A DNA stretch of 60,952 bases from Eubacteriales bacterium (lineage in GTDB: Bacteria; Bacillota; Clostridia; Oscillospirales; CAG-272): contig JAZNZB010000040.1 in assembly GCA_045594705.1 (NCBI GenBank), forward strand, positions 1-60,952. Reading direction: 5' to 3'. A model generated the notes under the pieces. That model made no database searches, was not told the DNA's origin, and saw only the letters and a list, made by a program, of their open reading frames with translations. The position numbers were made by a program, and so were the translations under genes. Numbering within the stretch: the stretch's first letter is position 1; every line of letters begins with the position of its first letter. Shown piece by piece: positions 34,968 through 45,144 of this stretch.

Positions 34968-36560
34968 TTAGTCCTTCTTCTTGAGTGCTACAAAAGCTGC
35001 AGCTGCTGCAACGACTGCAACCACGGATGCAGCAACAACAGACTTGCAGCCACCCTCGCTCTGCTCGGGAGCTTCGGTAGAGGGAGCCTCGGTCTTGTTC
35101 TCGTCAGGAGCCTCGGTCTTATCCTCGGTGGGCTTTTCGGTTTCGGGAGCTCTGGTGGGGATCTCCTCGCCTGCGTAAGCGTAAGCCGCTTCCTTGTTAG
35201 TGAAGAGCTGGATCTCTTCAACGTATACGGTAGAATCAGCGGTCATGTCGGGGAATGCAAGGCAGATCAGGTTGATGCCGCCCTCCCAGGTGTAGGACAG
35301 ATCGAAGATCAGATACTCGGTCTCGCCGTTTGCCTTGATCTCGTTAACATTTTCAGCAGCATTATCAAGTGCCTCATACCAAGCGTGATGATCACCGGCA
35401 GCGGGAACCAGGTTTACCTTGGTAATGCTTTCGCCTTCTGCCTTGAGCTTCACAACTGCATAAGGAATGTCTTCGCCGTTGAGCAGGGTCAGGCCTGCCT
35501 TACGGCAGTACTTGGAATAGTTGATCTGGATCATGGGAGTCAGAGGCAAGCCGCCTTCATCAAGATCGTATTCGGCATTGGGATTAACGCGTACGCCGGT
35601 CCAATCACCGTAGAGCTCCTGGTTGATGGAGTGCGTGCCGTAGAAGCCCTCGGTCTCAATCAGACCCAATTCAGAAGCCATGGGAATGACGTTGTTGAAG
35701 TATTCACCGGTAATGGCATCCTCAAAGGTTTCATCAGCGTCATCGTAACGAACCTGGGGAGGATAGTGAATGCCGAAGCGGTACTTTTCGTCGTCAGCCT
35801 CAGAGTTGTCCTTTACCTCTGCGGGGGTAAGAGCTCTGTCATAGAAACGAATGCTGTACAGGTCAGCTGCCCATGCACGCTGGGGATTATCGTGACCAAT
35901 GGTCAGGGTATCTGCAATATTGGTGTGCTCGGGCACGCCACGGCCTGCCTCGGTACCGTTGATGTAGATGATGCAAACGGGGCCACCCTCTGCGTTCATG
36001 TCAAAGGTGATTGCAATGGTGGAGCCGATGCCGTCACTCTCAAGTGCTGCAGCACCGTCATCAACCAAGGGGCGATCTGCGTTTCTGTCGTTGTACTTGT
36101 ACTCCAAGTAGTCTCTGTCCTCGTTCTGCTCGGGAACGCGGATGAAGAGAGAGAACTCGTCGTTATCCGAGCACATCAGAGTCACCCAGTGGGTTGCCTT
36201 GAGGTCAAGGTCGCCTGCAGAAAATTCAATGGTGTAAGCACTACTGTTGACAAGGTCAACAATTGCTTCGGGGAAGTAGTAGGATGCGGAATCAATGTGG
36301 AACGCGTTATCCGTCCAGTAGTTGGTTTCGTTTACGCGAACGTTGAAGTGGTTTCTGTTACCCGAGAGGTCTCTCCAGGTGGTGGTTTCGGAATCCTGAT
36401 AGCCGTTGGAATTGTTGGAACCGTCGTACCAAGCAACCAGACCGTCCTGAACGATCTCGGGCTCTGCAGCAGCGGAAGCGGTAAAGCCAAGGCAAGCCAG
36501 GCAGCCGATCAGCATGGTTGCAACCACTGCAAGTGATACGTAGAGTTTCAATGCGCGCAT
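34968..36560 (-). CDS. secreted surface protein with a LamG/concanavalin-like domain and C-terminal GGC-TM-KKK anchor
   Basis: Signal peptide ending ASA, 'DGLVAWYDG', 'IYING', 'SIRFYDRALTPAEV..N', P/T/E linker, 'GGCKSVVAASVVAVVAAAAAFVALKKKD'. Confidence 0.82.
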   Translation of the reverse strand: MRALKLYVSLAVVATMLIGCLACLGFTASAAAEPEIVQDGLVAWYDGSNNSNGYQDSETTTWRDLSGNRNHFNVRVNETNYWTDNAFHIDSASYYFPEAIVDLVNSSAYTIEFSAGDLDLKATHWVTLMCSDNDEFSLFIRVPEQNEDRDYLEYKYNDRNADRPLVDDGAAALESDGIGSTIAITFDMNAEGGPVCIIYINGTEAGRGVPEHTNIADTLTIGHDNPQRAWAADLYSIRFYDRALTPAEVKDNSEADDEKYRFGIHYPPQVRYDDADETFEDAITGEYFNNVIPMASELGLIETEGFYGTHSINQELYGDWTGVRVNPNAEYDLDEGGLPLTPMIQINYSKYCRKAGLTLLNGEDIPYAVVKLKAEGESITKVNLVPAAGDHHAWYEALDNAAENVNEIKANGETEYLIFDLSYTWEGGINLICLAFPDMTADSTVYVEEIQLFTNKEAAYAYAGEEIPTRAPETEKPTEDKTEAPDENKTEAPSTEAPEQSEGGCKSVVAASVVAVVAAAAAFVALKKKD

Positions 36561-36634
36561 AGGTATTTTCTCCTTTAATTATAATTTCACGGTGTACGTC
36601 CGTGCCGTAGCTGACAGTACTCCGTATTATAATA

Positions 36635-36663
36635 ATTATAAAACAACCCGATACAAATGTCAA
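36635..36663 (-). promoter_or_regulatory. consensus sigma-A promoter for the LamG protein
   Basis: TTGACA-17bp-TATAAT exact on the minus strand. Confidence 0.75.
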
Positions 36664-36737
36664 CCCAAGGCAATTCCCTTTTCATGACATAACGTAATCC
36701 TTCTTTGACTATCTGCCCGTATCATGGCAATAAATGC

Positions 36738-36766
36738 TTGCCAAACGCACGCCGGCGTGGTATAAT
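36738..36766 (+). promoter_or_regulatory. sigma-A promoter
   Basis: TTGCCA-17bp-TATAAT with TG extension. Confidence 0.7.
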
Positions 36767-36810
36767 GCATTGGTATTTCACTAAACATTTTCCCATTCAA
36801 GTGAGGCATT

Positions 36811-37362
36811 ATGCAACCTATAGAAATTGCCGGACAGATCATCAGCCTGATCGCCGTGATCCTGTCCTTTGTTACGTATCAAATGAAATCCAAAAAAGGC
36901 ATCATGGTCATGCTTTCCATCGCAACCGGCATCTCCTGTATCGCCTACGCACTGCTTGGCGGAACCGTCGCGCTGGTCCTCAATCTGGTCAGCATCGTGC
37001 GTAATATCTGCTTTTACCACAAGGATAAAAAAATCCTATCAAGCAAAGCCGTGCCCATCGTGCTCGCTCTGATCATGGGCGTGCTCAGCATCTTTACCTG
37101 GGAGGGCGCGCATTCCACGTTCTTTGTGGTGGGCCTGATGCTCAATACGCTCGCCATGGGCTATTTCAACGCGCAAAATCTGCGATGGAGCATTCTTCTG
37201 ACCTCCTCGCTGATCATGATCTACAATCTTTTCATCCCCTCCATCGGCGGGACGATCAACGAAGTGGTAGCCATCACATCGGCGGTGATCGGCATTATCC
37301 GTTACCGCAAAAAGGATGCCCCCGACGCACAAACAAATCAAAGAAAGGATATCAAGCTATGA
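36811..37362 (+). CDS. YgjV family inner-membrane protein
   Basis: 'SFVTYQMKSKK', 'YALLGG', 'VRN', 'LR', 'YN....SIGG..NE' pattern; hydrophobic. Confidence 0.78.
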   Translation: MQPIEIAGQIISLIAVILSFVTYQMKSKKGIMVMLSIATGISCIAYALLGGTVALVLNLVSIVRNICFYHKDKKILSSKAVPIVLALIMGVLSIFTWEGAHSTFFVVGLMLNTLAMGYFNAQNLRWSILLTSSLIMIYNLFIPSIGGTINEVVAITSAVIGIIRYRKKDAPDAQTNQRKDIKL

Positions 37363-38276
37363 AGCACATGAATGCTCAGGTAGAACAGCTGCTGCAAACC
37401 AATTACATCCCCGAGGTCGCGCAAGGCATTCGCGAGCTTGAACAGATGTTAGACGAGAACGAGGCTCTTGCCGCTGCGCACGACGATATCGTGCATCGCT
37501 ACGTGGTGACAGAAACGCTTTCCATGGCGGATGCGCTGACCGAACTCAAGGCGTTGGCAGAAAAATTTGACAAAAACGAATACTCGCTCGATCTTTTGCT
37601 GATTCTGAACAGCCTGCCCACTCTGTACCAAAAATACAAGCAGAACAATATCCCCGACGAGATCTTTTTCGAATCCATGGACGATATTCGCTGCAAGGTC
37701 AACGAATGTGTGGAATGCAAGGGCGTTGTGGGCACATTCGTGGCCGATTGGTACGACAGATTTTTCAAGCTGACCTGCTTTGCTTACGGTCGCTTCCAGT
37801 ACGAAGTCATGACCTACGAGGGCGAGAACTTTACCATGTCCTCGGGCAAGATTTTCAAAACCGGCGACAAATACATCAATATGCACATTCCCTCGCGCGG
37901 CATCCCGCTGACAGACGAGGTGCGCCTCGCTTCCTACCGCGCAGCTTACCCACACTTCTCTTCCCTGTTTGAGGACGGCATCGTGATCTTCGGCTGCTCC
38001 TCCTGGCTGCTCTACCCCAGACATCGCGAATTTTTACCCGCCGGCATGAACCTCTTGAAATTCATGGGAGATTTTGAAATGGTCAACTGGAAGGAGACCC
38101 CCGAGGATTTCCATGACAGATGGCGTCTGTACGGCAAGCACGCCGCACTTCCGGACGATCAGCTGCCCTGTGATACCACCATGCGCCGCGCGTATGCAAC
38201 ATGGCTGCAGGCCGGCAACCCCACGGGTCGCGGCTTTGGCATTTTCGCCTTTGACGGCAAAGAAATTCTGAAATAA
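37359..38276 (+). CDS. GNAT-like acyltransferase-domain protein (DUF5596 type)
   Basis: 'GRFQYE', 'NMHIP', 'GCSSWLL', 'LP.DTTMRR'; ATGA coupling to the upstream gene. Confidence 0.75.
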   Translation: MKHMNAQVEQLLQTNYIPEVAQGIRELEQMLDENEALAAAHDDIVHRYVVTETLSMADALTELKALAEKFDKNEYSLDLLLILNSLPTLYQKYKQNNIPDEIFFESMDDIRCKVNECVECKGVVGTFVADWYDRFFKLTCFAYGRFQYEVMTYEGENFTMSSGKIFKTGDKYINMHIPSRGIPLTDEVRLASYRAAYPHFSSLFEDGIVIFGCSSWLLYPRHREFLPAGMNLLKFMGDFEMVNWKETPEDFHDRWRLYGKHAALPDDQLPCDTTMRRAYATWLQAGNPTGRGFGIFAFDGKEILK

Positions 38277-38290
38277 AAGGGAGTCATGCA

Positions 38291-39070
38291 ATGAAAAACA
38301 AGGTCATTCTCATTTCGATCGACGGTGCGCGCGCGGATGCAATGCATCTGTGCGGCAACCCTTACGTAAAAACGCTGGAGCAGCTTTGCACCTATAATTA
38401 CAATTCGCAAGCCGTGCTTCCCTCGGACACCTTCCCCTGCCACTATTCCATGACCCACGGCCAAACACCCGACCGTCACGGGATCAAAACCAACATTTAC
38501 GTCAAGCCGGAAAATCCCACACCCGGTATTTTTGAGACCGTGCGCAACGCCGGTGGCACGACCGGTATGTTCTATAACTGGGACTATCTGCGCGATCTTG
38601 CCTCTCCCGGCAGCTACACCTTCTCGTTCTGCCTGAACATCGATTACGACGACCTTTCGGATACCGCAGTCACCGATCATTGCCTGATGGCCATCGACCG
38701 CTACCATCCCGATTTTGTCATGCTGTATATGCTGGATCTGGACGAAAAGGGCGGTCACTCCAAGGGCTGGATGAGCGAGGAATATCTGCGCCGCCTGTCC
38801 ATCGCGATCGACAACGTCAAGCGTGTGATCGACGCATGTGGCGAGGAATATTCCATTGTGATCACAGCTGACCACGGCGGTCATGATTTCACGCACGGCT
38901 CGGCCGCTCCCGAGGACATGACCATTCCGCTGTTTTTGTTCGGCCCCGACTTTGAGCCGGGAAAGACCGTGGAAAACACTTCCCTGATCGATATTACTCC
39001 CACCATTGCGGCGGTGATGGGCATTGAACCGCATCCCGATTGGGACGGTCGCTCGCTGATCAATGCTTAA
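38291..39070 (+). CDS. alkaline phosphatase superfamily (nucleotide pyrophosphatase/phosphodiesterase) protein
   Basis: 'ISIDGARAD', 'PSDTFPCH.SM..G..P..HG', 'D..GH..GW', 'TADHGG', 'DITPT'. Confidence 0.88.
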   Translation: MKNKVILISIDGARADAMHLCGNPYVKTLEQLCTYNYNSQAVLPSDTFPCHYSMTHGQTPDRHGIKTNIYVKPENPTPGIFETVRNAGGTTGMFYNWDYLRDLASPGSYTFSFCLNIDYDDLSDTAVTDHCLMAIDRYHPDFVMLYMLDLDEKGGHSKGWMSEEYLRRLSIAIDNVKRVIDACGEEYSIVITADHGGHDFTHGSAAPEDMTIPLFLFGPDFEPGKTVENTSLIDITPTIAAVMGIEPHPDWDGRSLINA

Positions 39071-39082
39071 TGCTTAAATAAC

Positions 39083-39122
39083 AAAGCGGATACCCTCCAA
39101 CATCCGGGGTATCCGCTTTTTT
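39083..39122. terminator. bidirectional terminator
   Basis: AAAGCGGATACCC/GGGTATCCGCTTT stem with T-tail. Confidence 0.75.
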
Positions 39123-39137
39123 CATGCTTTCCATGAA

Positions 39138-39932
39138 TCAGTATTCTCTTTTCAACCGATATTCGTTCGGATTGATGCCAACCAGCTGCTTGAAGCTGCG
39201 GTAAAAGCTGCTTTGCGTAGCATACCCGCATTTCATGGCAATATCGAAGATGCTCTCGTCGGTATTGCGCAACAGATAGCACGCACGATTGATCTTGATA
39301 TTGCGCACGTACTCCGAATACGGAACGCCCACGCTTTTATGGAACATGCGGGAAAGGTACGCTTCGTTGTAACGCAATTCCCGCGCAAGCTCATGCAGCG
39401 TACAGGGCTTATCCACGTGGCTCTCGATATAGGTAAATATATCGCGCAAAAGTCCGTTGTCGGCAGCATTTGCGTCCTTCTCGGAATGGTCAAGCTCCCG
39501 GTAAAACAAGGAGCACACAAGGTATAAAAATCCTTTGATGGCAGCAATATCATTGCTCTGCTGCGCATGAAGGAAAATATCCTTGTACAGATCGGAAACG
39601 TCGTGCAGCACAATCGAAGGCAAGCGGTAATTGGACAGTGCCTCCGAAATTGCCGCAATCAGGTCGCCCGAGAATACACAAAGCAAAATCTCATTGCTCT
39701 TACCTGCTTCGGTTTCATAGCTGTGGATCCTGTGAGGCTTGACCAATATCAGGTCTTTTTCGCGTAAATGATACGTTTCCTTGTCGATCTGCATATTCAT
39801 TTCACCCTGCAGTACAAGCACCATCTCATAGCTTCGATGCATGTGCAGGGGAAAGGAATGATCGGTATTCCGTTCATACAAGAAGTGATTGGCACTGATA
39901 CCATGCTCGATCTCGTAAAATATCATATTCAT
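39138..39932 (-). CDS. AraC family transcriptional regulator (probable xylose regulator)
   Basis: Cupin 'FPLHMH..YE' and C-terminal double HTH 'YLSRMF...IA..CGY...SSFYRSFK...G..P.EYR'; AAGGAGG RBS before ATG 39932. Confidence 0.92.
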   Translation of the reverse strand: MNMIFYEIEHGISANHFLYERNTDHSFPLHMHRSYEMVLVLQGEMNMQIDKETYHLREKDLILVKPHRIHSYETEAGKSNEILLCVFSGDLIAAISEALSNYRLPSIVLHDVSDLYKDIFLHAQQSNDIAAIKGFLYLVCSLFYRELDHSEKDANAADNGLLRDIFTYIESHVDKPCTLHELARELRYNEAYLSRMFHKSVGVPYSEYVRNIKINRACYLLRNTDESIFDIAMKCGYATQSSFYRSFKQLVGINPNEYRLKREY

Positions 39933-40025
39933 AGCGCATCCTCCTTTCCTGTCCTCTGTATTGAGTGCGTGTTTCTGACGCGCCGATCCGGGCGGCACCG
40001 TCACCTGGTCACACTGCATCAGACA

Positions 40026-41441
40026 TCAAAAAACTTCCTTCAAAGCGGGATAAAGCTTTTTATAGGTTGCATATCCGCGATCATATACCTGCTGCAGATC
40101 AGGCTCGCACTTGACCGCCAAGGTCTTTTCCACGATTGCATCCGCTGCCTCGTAAACAGTTTCGTACTCCTTGCAGGCAGTCATCGCCAACAAAGCACCG
40201 CCCATCGAGGGACCCTGCTCGGACTTGGTCAAATAAATATCCGCGCCAAGAACGTTTGCAAGTACAGTCTGCCATACCTTGCTGACCGCACCGCCGCCGC
40301 AAAGCACAGCCCGATCGATCCTGACGCCGCCTGCCTCCACGCAATCGCGCAGCGCATATGCCACGCCCTCCAGCACCGCAAGGCTCATATCCTCGCGCGA
40401 GGTGCCGGCGGACAAGCCGACAAACGCACCGCGGGCGTTGACGTCGTTATGCGGGCAACGCTCACCCGTCAGATAAGGCAGGAAATACACGCCTGTCTGA
40501 CCGTATTTCGGCTCTGCGGGGTCGCCGTAATCCGCATCCAGAATATCCTTGATCCACCACTTATTGCAGCTTGCCGCAGATAAGATGCAGCCCATAAGAT
40601 GATACTTGCCGTTGGCGTGCGCAAAATTGTGCAAAGCGGTACCGCACTCGGTATTGAACTTATCGCACGGCAAAAACACCGTACCGCTGGTTCCCAGCGA
40701 AATGCTGCAATCCCCGTCGCGCAGGGTCGCGGTGCCGATTGCTGCACCCGCATTGTCGCCCGCGCCCGCACAGAGAATAGCCTCGGGCAGTCCGTACTCC
40801 TCCTTAAGACGTCCGGTTGCCTCATAGCTCTCATACAAGGCAGGAAGCATATCTTGCGTAATGCCGCAGATCTCACACATTTGGGAGGACCAGCACTTGT
40901 TCTGCACGTCCAGAAGCAGCATGCCTGCCGCATCGGAATATTCAGAGGAAAAGACTCCGGTCAGGCGGTAAGCAAGATAGTCCTTGGGCAGGCAGATCTT
41001 TCTGACCTTGGCGAAAATCTCGGGCTCGTTCTCCTTTACCCACAGGATCTTGGGCGCAGTAAAGCCGGGGAAGGCAATGTTGCCGGTATAGTCCGGAAGC
41101 ACGCCAAGGCTGTTGAGGTATGCGGTCTGCTCGGTGCTTCGTCCGTCATTCCAGAGGATGGCCGGGCGAAGGACCTCGTCATGCTCGTCCAGCAGGACAA
41201 GCCCATGCATCTGCCCCGCGATACCCACGCCCTTGACGTCCTTTTCTCTTCCCTGAGCAAGAACGCGAAGGATCTCAACCGCGGCATTGTACCAATCCTC
41301 GGGGGATTGCTCGCTCCAATTTGTAAAAGGAGAGGATACCTGATAGCTGACGCTGTGCTCGCCCAGAATTCTGCCCTCTCTATCGGTCAATATGCCCTTG
41401 CACGCAGACGTTCCAAGGTCAATGCCAATGTAAAAGTTCAT
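40026..41441 (-). CDS. xylB: xylulokinase
   Basis: 'IGIDLGTS', 'GQMHGLV', 'ILWNDGR', 'GDNA', 'PYLTGERCPHND'; adjacent to xylA. Confidence 0.95.
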   Translation of the reverse strand: MNFYIGIDLGTSACKGILTDREGRILGEHSVSYQVSSPFTNWSEQSPEDWYNAAVEILRVLAQGREKDVKGVGIAGQMHGLVLLDEHDEVLRPAILWNDGRSTEQTAYLNSLGVLPDYTGNIAFPGFTAPKILWVKENEPEIFAKVRKICLPKDYLAYRLTGVFSSEYSDAAGMLLLDVQNKCWSSQMCEICGITQDMLPALYESYEATGRLKEEYGLPEAILCAGAGDNAGAAIGTATLRDGDCSISLGTSGTVFLPCDKFNTECGTALHNFAHANGKYHLMGCILSAASCNKWWIKDILDADYGDPAEPKYGQTGVYFLPYLTGERCPHNDVNARGAFVGLSAGTSREDMSLAVLEGVAYALRDCVEAGGVRIDRAVLCGGGAVSKVWQTVLANVLGADIYLTKSEQGPSMGGALLAMTACKEYETVYEAADAIVEKTLAVKCEPDLQQVYDRGYATYKKLYPALKEVF

Positions 41442-41442
41442 A

Positions 41443-42750
41443 TCAGACTCCAGAAAAAAGGATGTTATTCAAAACGGATTCGAGATATTCCTGTCTGCCG
41501 CTTGCGGGAATGACGTCGGTCAGCCCGGCAGCATATGCAGCCAGAGACTCCAGCGTCTCTTTTCCTTCTCTGATCGACTTGCCGATGCCGTCATTGTAAG
41601 ATGCGTAGCGATTTGCAACAAACTCGTCGATTCTGCCGTCCTCAATGATCTGGTAAGCCTTGATCAGACCAAGCGCAAACGCATCCATGCCTGCGATATA
41701 GGAGAGCAGCACGTCCTCAAAGGTGTTGGACTGTCTGCGCGCCTTTGCGTCAAAGTTCAGACCGCCGTTGGTAAAGCCGCCTGCCTTGATCACCTCGTAC
41801 ATGCAAAGCGTGGTGTCGTAGATGTTGGTCGGGAACTGGTCGGTATCCCAGCCAAGCAGCATATCGCCCTGGTTTGCGTCGATCGAGCCGAAAATGCCGT
41901 TTACGGTTGCCATGCGCAGCTCATGCTGGAAGGTATGGCCTGCAAGCGTTGCGTGGTTTGCCTCAATGTTCATCTTGAAGTCGTCCATCAGGCCGTAGGT
42001 GCGCAGGAAGTTTGCGCAGGTTGCAACGTCAAAATCATACTGATGCTTGGTAGGCTCCTTGGGCTTGGGCTCAATGTAAAAGTCTCCGGTAAAGCCGTGT
42101 GCACGACCGTAGTCGCGTGCCATGGTCAAGAACTTGCCCATGTTATCCAGCTCCAGAGCAACGTCGGTGTTGATCAGCGTATCATAGCCTTCTCTGCCGC
42201 CCCAGAATACGTAACCGGGAGCACCCAGCTTGATGGCAGCATCGATGCCTGCCTTGACCTTGCCTGCTGCGATGGCGTAAACGTTTGCATCGGGGCTGGT
42301 GGAAGCGCCGGCCATAAACATTTTGTTGCCAAACATGTTGGCAGTCACCCACAAAGGCTTGATACCGGTTGCATTCTGCTTTTCGAGCAGATAATCGGTC
42401 ATGATCTCCAGGTTTGCAATGCTCTCTGCAAGCGTTGCACCCTCGGGAGCAATGTCAACGTCATGGAAGCAATAGTACTCAATGCCCAGCTTCTGCATCA
42501 AATCAAACGCAAAGTCCACCTTTGCCTTATGCATCTCAATGCCGCTCTTGCCAAAGGTCTTGTCCATGGTGTCGCCGCCGAACATATCCGTGCCCGAAGC
42601 ATTGCAGGTGTGCCACCAGCTCAATGCAAAGCGCAGATGCTCTGCCATGGTCTTGCCGCCGATCACGCGGTCCTTGTCATAATAACGGAAAGAGTAAGGA
42701 TTTTTGCTGTCAGCGCCCTCAAAGAGGATCTTTTCTGCTATAGTGTTCAT
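41443..42750 (-). CDS. xylA: xylose isomerase (class II)
   Basis: 'WWHT', 'FHDVD', 'FWGGREGY', '[13 protein letters not shown]', 'NIEANHA', 'GWDTDQFP'. Confidence 0.97.
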   Translation of the reverse strand: MNTIAEKILFEGADSKNPYSFRYYDKDRVIGGKTMAEHLRFALSWWHTCNASGTDMFGGDTMDKTFGKSGIEMHKAKVDFAFDLMQKLGIEYYCFHDVDIAPEGATLAESIANLEIMTDYLLEKQNATGIKPLWVTANMFGNKMFMAGASTSPDANVYAIAAGKVKAGIDAAIKLGAPGYVFWGGREGYDTLINTDVALELDNMGKFLTMARDYGRAHGFTGDFYIEPKPKEPTKHQYDFDVATCANFLRTYGLMDDFKMNIEANHATLAGHTFQHELRMATVNGIFGSIDANQGDMLLGWDTDQFPTNIYDTTLCMYEVIKAGGFTNGGLNFDAKARRQSNTFEDVLLSYIAGMDAFALGLIKAYQIIEDGRIDEFVANRYASYNDGIGKSIREGKETLESLAAYAAGLTDVIPASGRQEYLESVLNNILFSGV

Positions 42751-43164
42751 AAGAATTGAAATTCCTTTCATGTATTAAGTTACAATGTTACAATTTTATT
42801 ATATCATATGTCTCCCCGTTTCGCATTCGCATTTTTTGCTATATTTTATCCATTTCGATACTTTCTCATTGTTGTACTTTGTCTTTCTTTGACCTTTTGG
42901 CATTTCCGCCTTCGCCCGATCATGACAGAGGCCACCCTTCGACATGATTTTTTCATCGGCAGCTCCTTCCTTCTCTCTCCGTTAAAGTCGGAATGCATGC
43001 ATATCCTTGTCAAGAAAACGCGCAGTTACCCGAACAAATCAAAGCTCTCCTTTTCCTTCCATATAAAAATCTCCGAATTTCATCTTGCTTTTTTTCTATT
43101 CGGTGATATAATAGAGATTAGCAGAGCATTTTTGCTCAATCTGCACGATAACAGGAGAAATATT

Positions 43165-45063
43165 ATGGAAAACATCAGAATTCAAGACGACCTTTATACA
43201 TACGTCAACCAAAAAAAGCTTGACGAGCTGGTCATTCCGGACGACAAGCCCACCGCGGGCGGTTTTTCGGAGCTTGCCGACAGCGTAGAAAAGACCATGA
43301 TGGGCGAATTTGAGGCCCTGACCGAAACCAAGACATATCCCAATGTGCACATGGAAAGAGCCTGCAAGCTCTACGCCATTGCCAAGGACGCTGACCGCAA
43401 GGAAAAGGACGGCATTGCCCCCGCACTCAAGGCGCTGGCGATCCTGGATCAGGTAAACTCGCTTGACGACTTCTCTCGCCTTTACAAGTCCCTCTCTCTC
43501 TCCGGCATTCCCACGCCCATCAATATCGGCGTGGAGGGCGACATGAAGAATACCAAGCAGCACCTGGTCTACATTCAGGGTGCGAGCGTCATTCTGCCCG
43601 ATACCTCCTACTACGCTCCCGAAATGGCTGCGCAGAAGGAGCAGATCATCGGCATCTGGACAAACGTTGCAAAAGCAGTCATGGCACAGACCGACCTTGC
43701 CCCCGAGGCCCAGGAGCAGTACGTAGCCGATACGCTTGCATTTGACGAGATCATTGCAGGTCTGGCGAAATCCCGCGAGGAATGGTCCAGATACGTGGAA
43801 ATGTATAACCCCATGGCCGAGGCAGACGCAGCAGCCATGCTCTCCACCATTGATTTCGGTGCCATCCTTGCAGATCTGTTCGGCCACGTGCCCGCAACCG
43901 TAGTAGTCACCGAGCCTCGCTACTTTGGCGACTTTGCCAAGGTCTTTAACGCCGAGACCCTGACCCTTTACAAGCACTGGGCATACGTCACCGGTCTGCT
44001 CAGCGCCTGCAACTACCTCTCCGAGCAGCTGCGTGACATGGGCGGTGCATACATGCGCGCTCTGATGGGCGTTGCCGTCATGCAGGACATTGACAAGTTT
44101 GCATACAACCTCGCGTCCGGCATGTATTCCGAGCCCGTGGGCATTTACTACGGCGACAAGTACTTCGGAGAGGAAGCAAAGAAGGACATCACCGAGATCG
44201 TATATCAGATCATCGACACCTACAAAAAGCGCATTGAGACCAACGAGATCCTGGGTGAGGAAACCCGCGCAAAGGCAATTTTGAAGCTCTCCACCATGGG
44301 CGTCAAGATGGGTTATCCCGACAAGGTCAGACCCATTTACGAAAAGATGGACTTTGACGAAAACGCGTCTCTCTTTGAGATCGTCACCTCTCTGCGCGCC
44401 ATCCGCGAGCTTGCTTCTTACGAAAAGCTGAACAAGCCCACCGAACCCGAAAACTGGGCAATGCCCGGCCACATGGTCAACGCTTGCTACGATCCCTTTG
44501 TCAACGACATTACCTTCCCCGCTGCCATCCTGCAGGCTCCCTTCTACTCTCTTGCGCAGACCAGAAGTGAGAACCTCGGCGGCATCGGCGCGGTCATCGG
44601 TCACGAGATCTCGCACGCATTTGACTCCAACGGCGCAAAGTGCGACGAGAACGGTAACATCAACAACTGGTGGACCGACGAGGACTTTGCAAGATTTGAT
44701 GCCAAGATCAAGCAAATGATCGAGCAGTTTGACGGCATTGAGCTGCCTTGGGGCAAGGTCAACGGCGCATTCATCGTGTCCGAGAACATGGCGGACAACG
44801 GCGGTATGTCGGTCACCCTTGACATCATGTCCACGACCGAGGGCGCATCCTACGAGGAATACTTCTCCAACTGGGCAAAGGTCTGGTGCGAGAAGGCAAG
44901 ACCCGAATATTTGCAGATGCTGCTGGCAGTTGACGTGCACGGTCCTTGCATCCTGCGTGCCAACATGCCTCCCCGTAACTTCCCCGAGTGGTACGAGACA
45001 TTCGGCGTCACCGAAAACGATCAGATGTACATCGCTCCCGACAAGCGTATTGTGATCTGGTAA
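43165..45063 (+). CDS. pepO: M13 family endopeptidase
   Basis: 'VNACY', 'GIGAVIGHEISHAFD', 'ENMADNGG'; AGGAG RBS before ATG 43165. Confidence 0.94.
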   Translation: MENIRIQDDLYTYVNQKKLDELVIPDDKPTAGGFSELADSVEKTMMGEFEALTETKTYPNVHMERACKLYAIAKDADRKEKDGIAPALKALAILDQVNSLDDFSRLYKSLSLSGIPTPINIGVEGDMKNTKQHLVYIQGASVILPDTSYYAPEMAAQKEQIIGIWTNVAKAVMAQTDLAPEAQEQYVADTLAFDEIIAGLAKSREEWSRYVEMYNPMAEADAAAMLSTIDFGAILADLFGHVPATVVVTEPRYFGDFAKVFNAETLTLYKHWAYVTGLLSACNYLSEQLRDMGGAYMRALMGVAVMQDIDKFAYNLASGMYSEPVGIYYGDKYFGEEAKKDITEIVYQIIDTYKKRIETNEILGEETRAKAILKLSTMGVKMGYPDKVRPIYEKMDFDENASLFEIVTSLRAIRELASYEKLNKPTEPENWAMPGHMVNACYDPFVNDITFPAAILQAPFYSLAQTRSENLGGIGAVIGHEISHAFDSNGAKCDENGNINNWWTDEDFARFDAKIKQMIEQFDGIELPWGKVNGAFIVSENMADNGGMSVTLDIMSTTEGASYEEYFSNWAKVWCEKARPEYLQMLLAVDVHGPCILRANMPPRNFPEWYETFGVTENDQMYIAPDKRIVIW

Positions 45064-45079
45064 AAATTGCATATTACAA

Positions 45080-45115
45080 GGGCAGGCGTACCGCAGTACG
45101 CCTGCCCGATTTTTC
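45080..45115. terminator. terminator between pepO and the giant protein gene
   Basis: GGGCAGGCGTAC/GTACGCCTGCCC 12-bp stem with T-tail. Confidence 0.75.
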
Positions 45116-45144
45116 ATTTCACGTGTTTTTTCACGCTATTTTGT

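Noticed and set aside
39974-40023. Possible riboswitch between xylB and araC (TCTGATGC/GCGTCAGA pairing)
   Set aside because: Only one 8-bp helix and a weak inner hairpin; no known aptamer motif and no terminator platform
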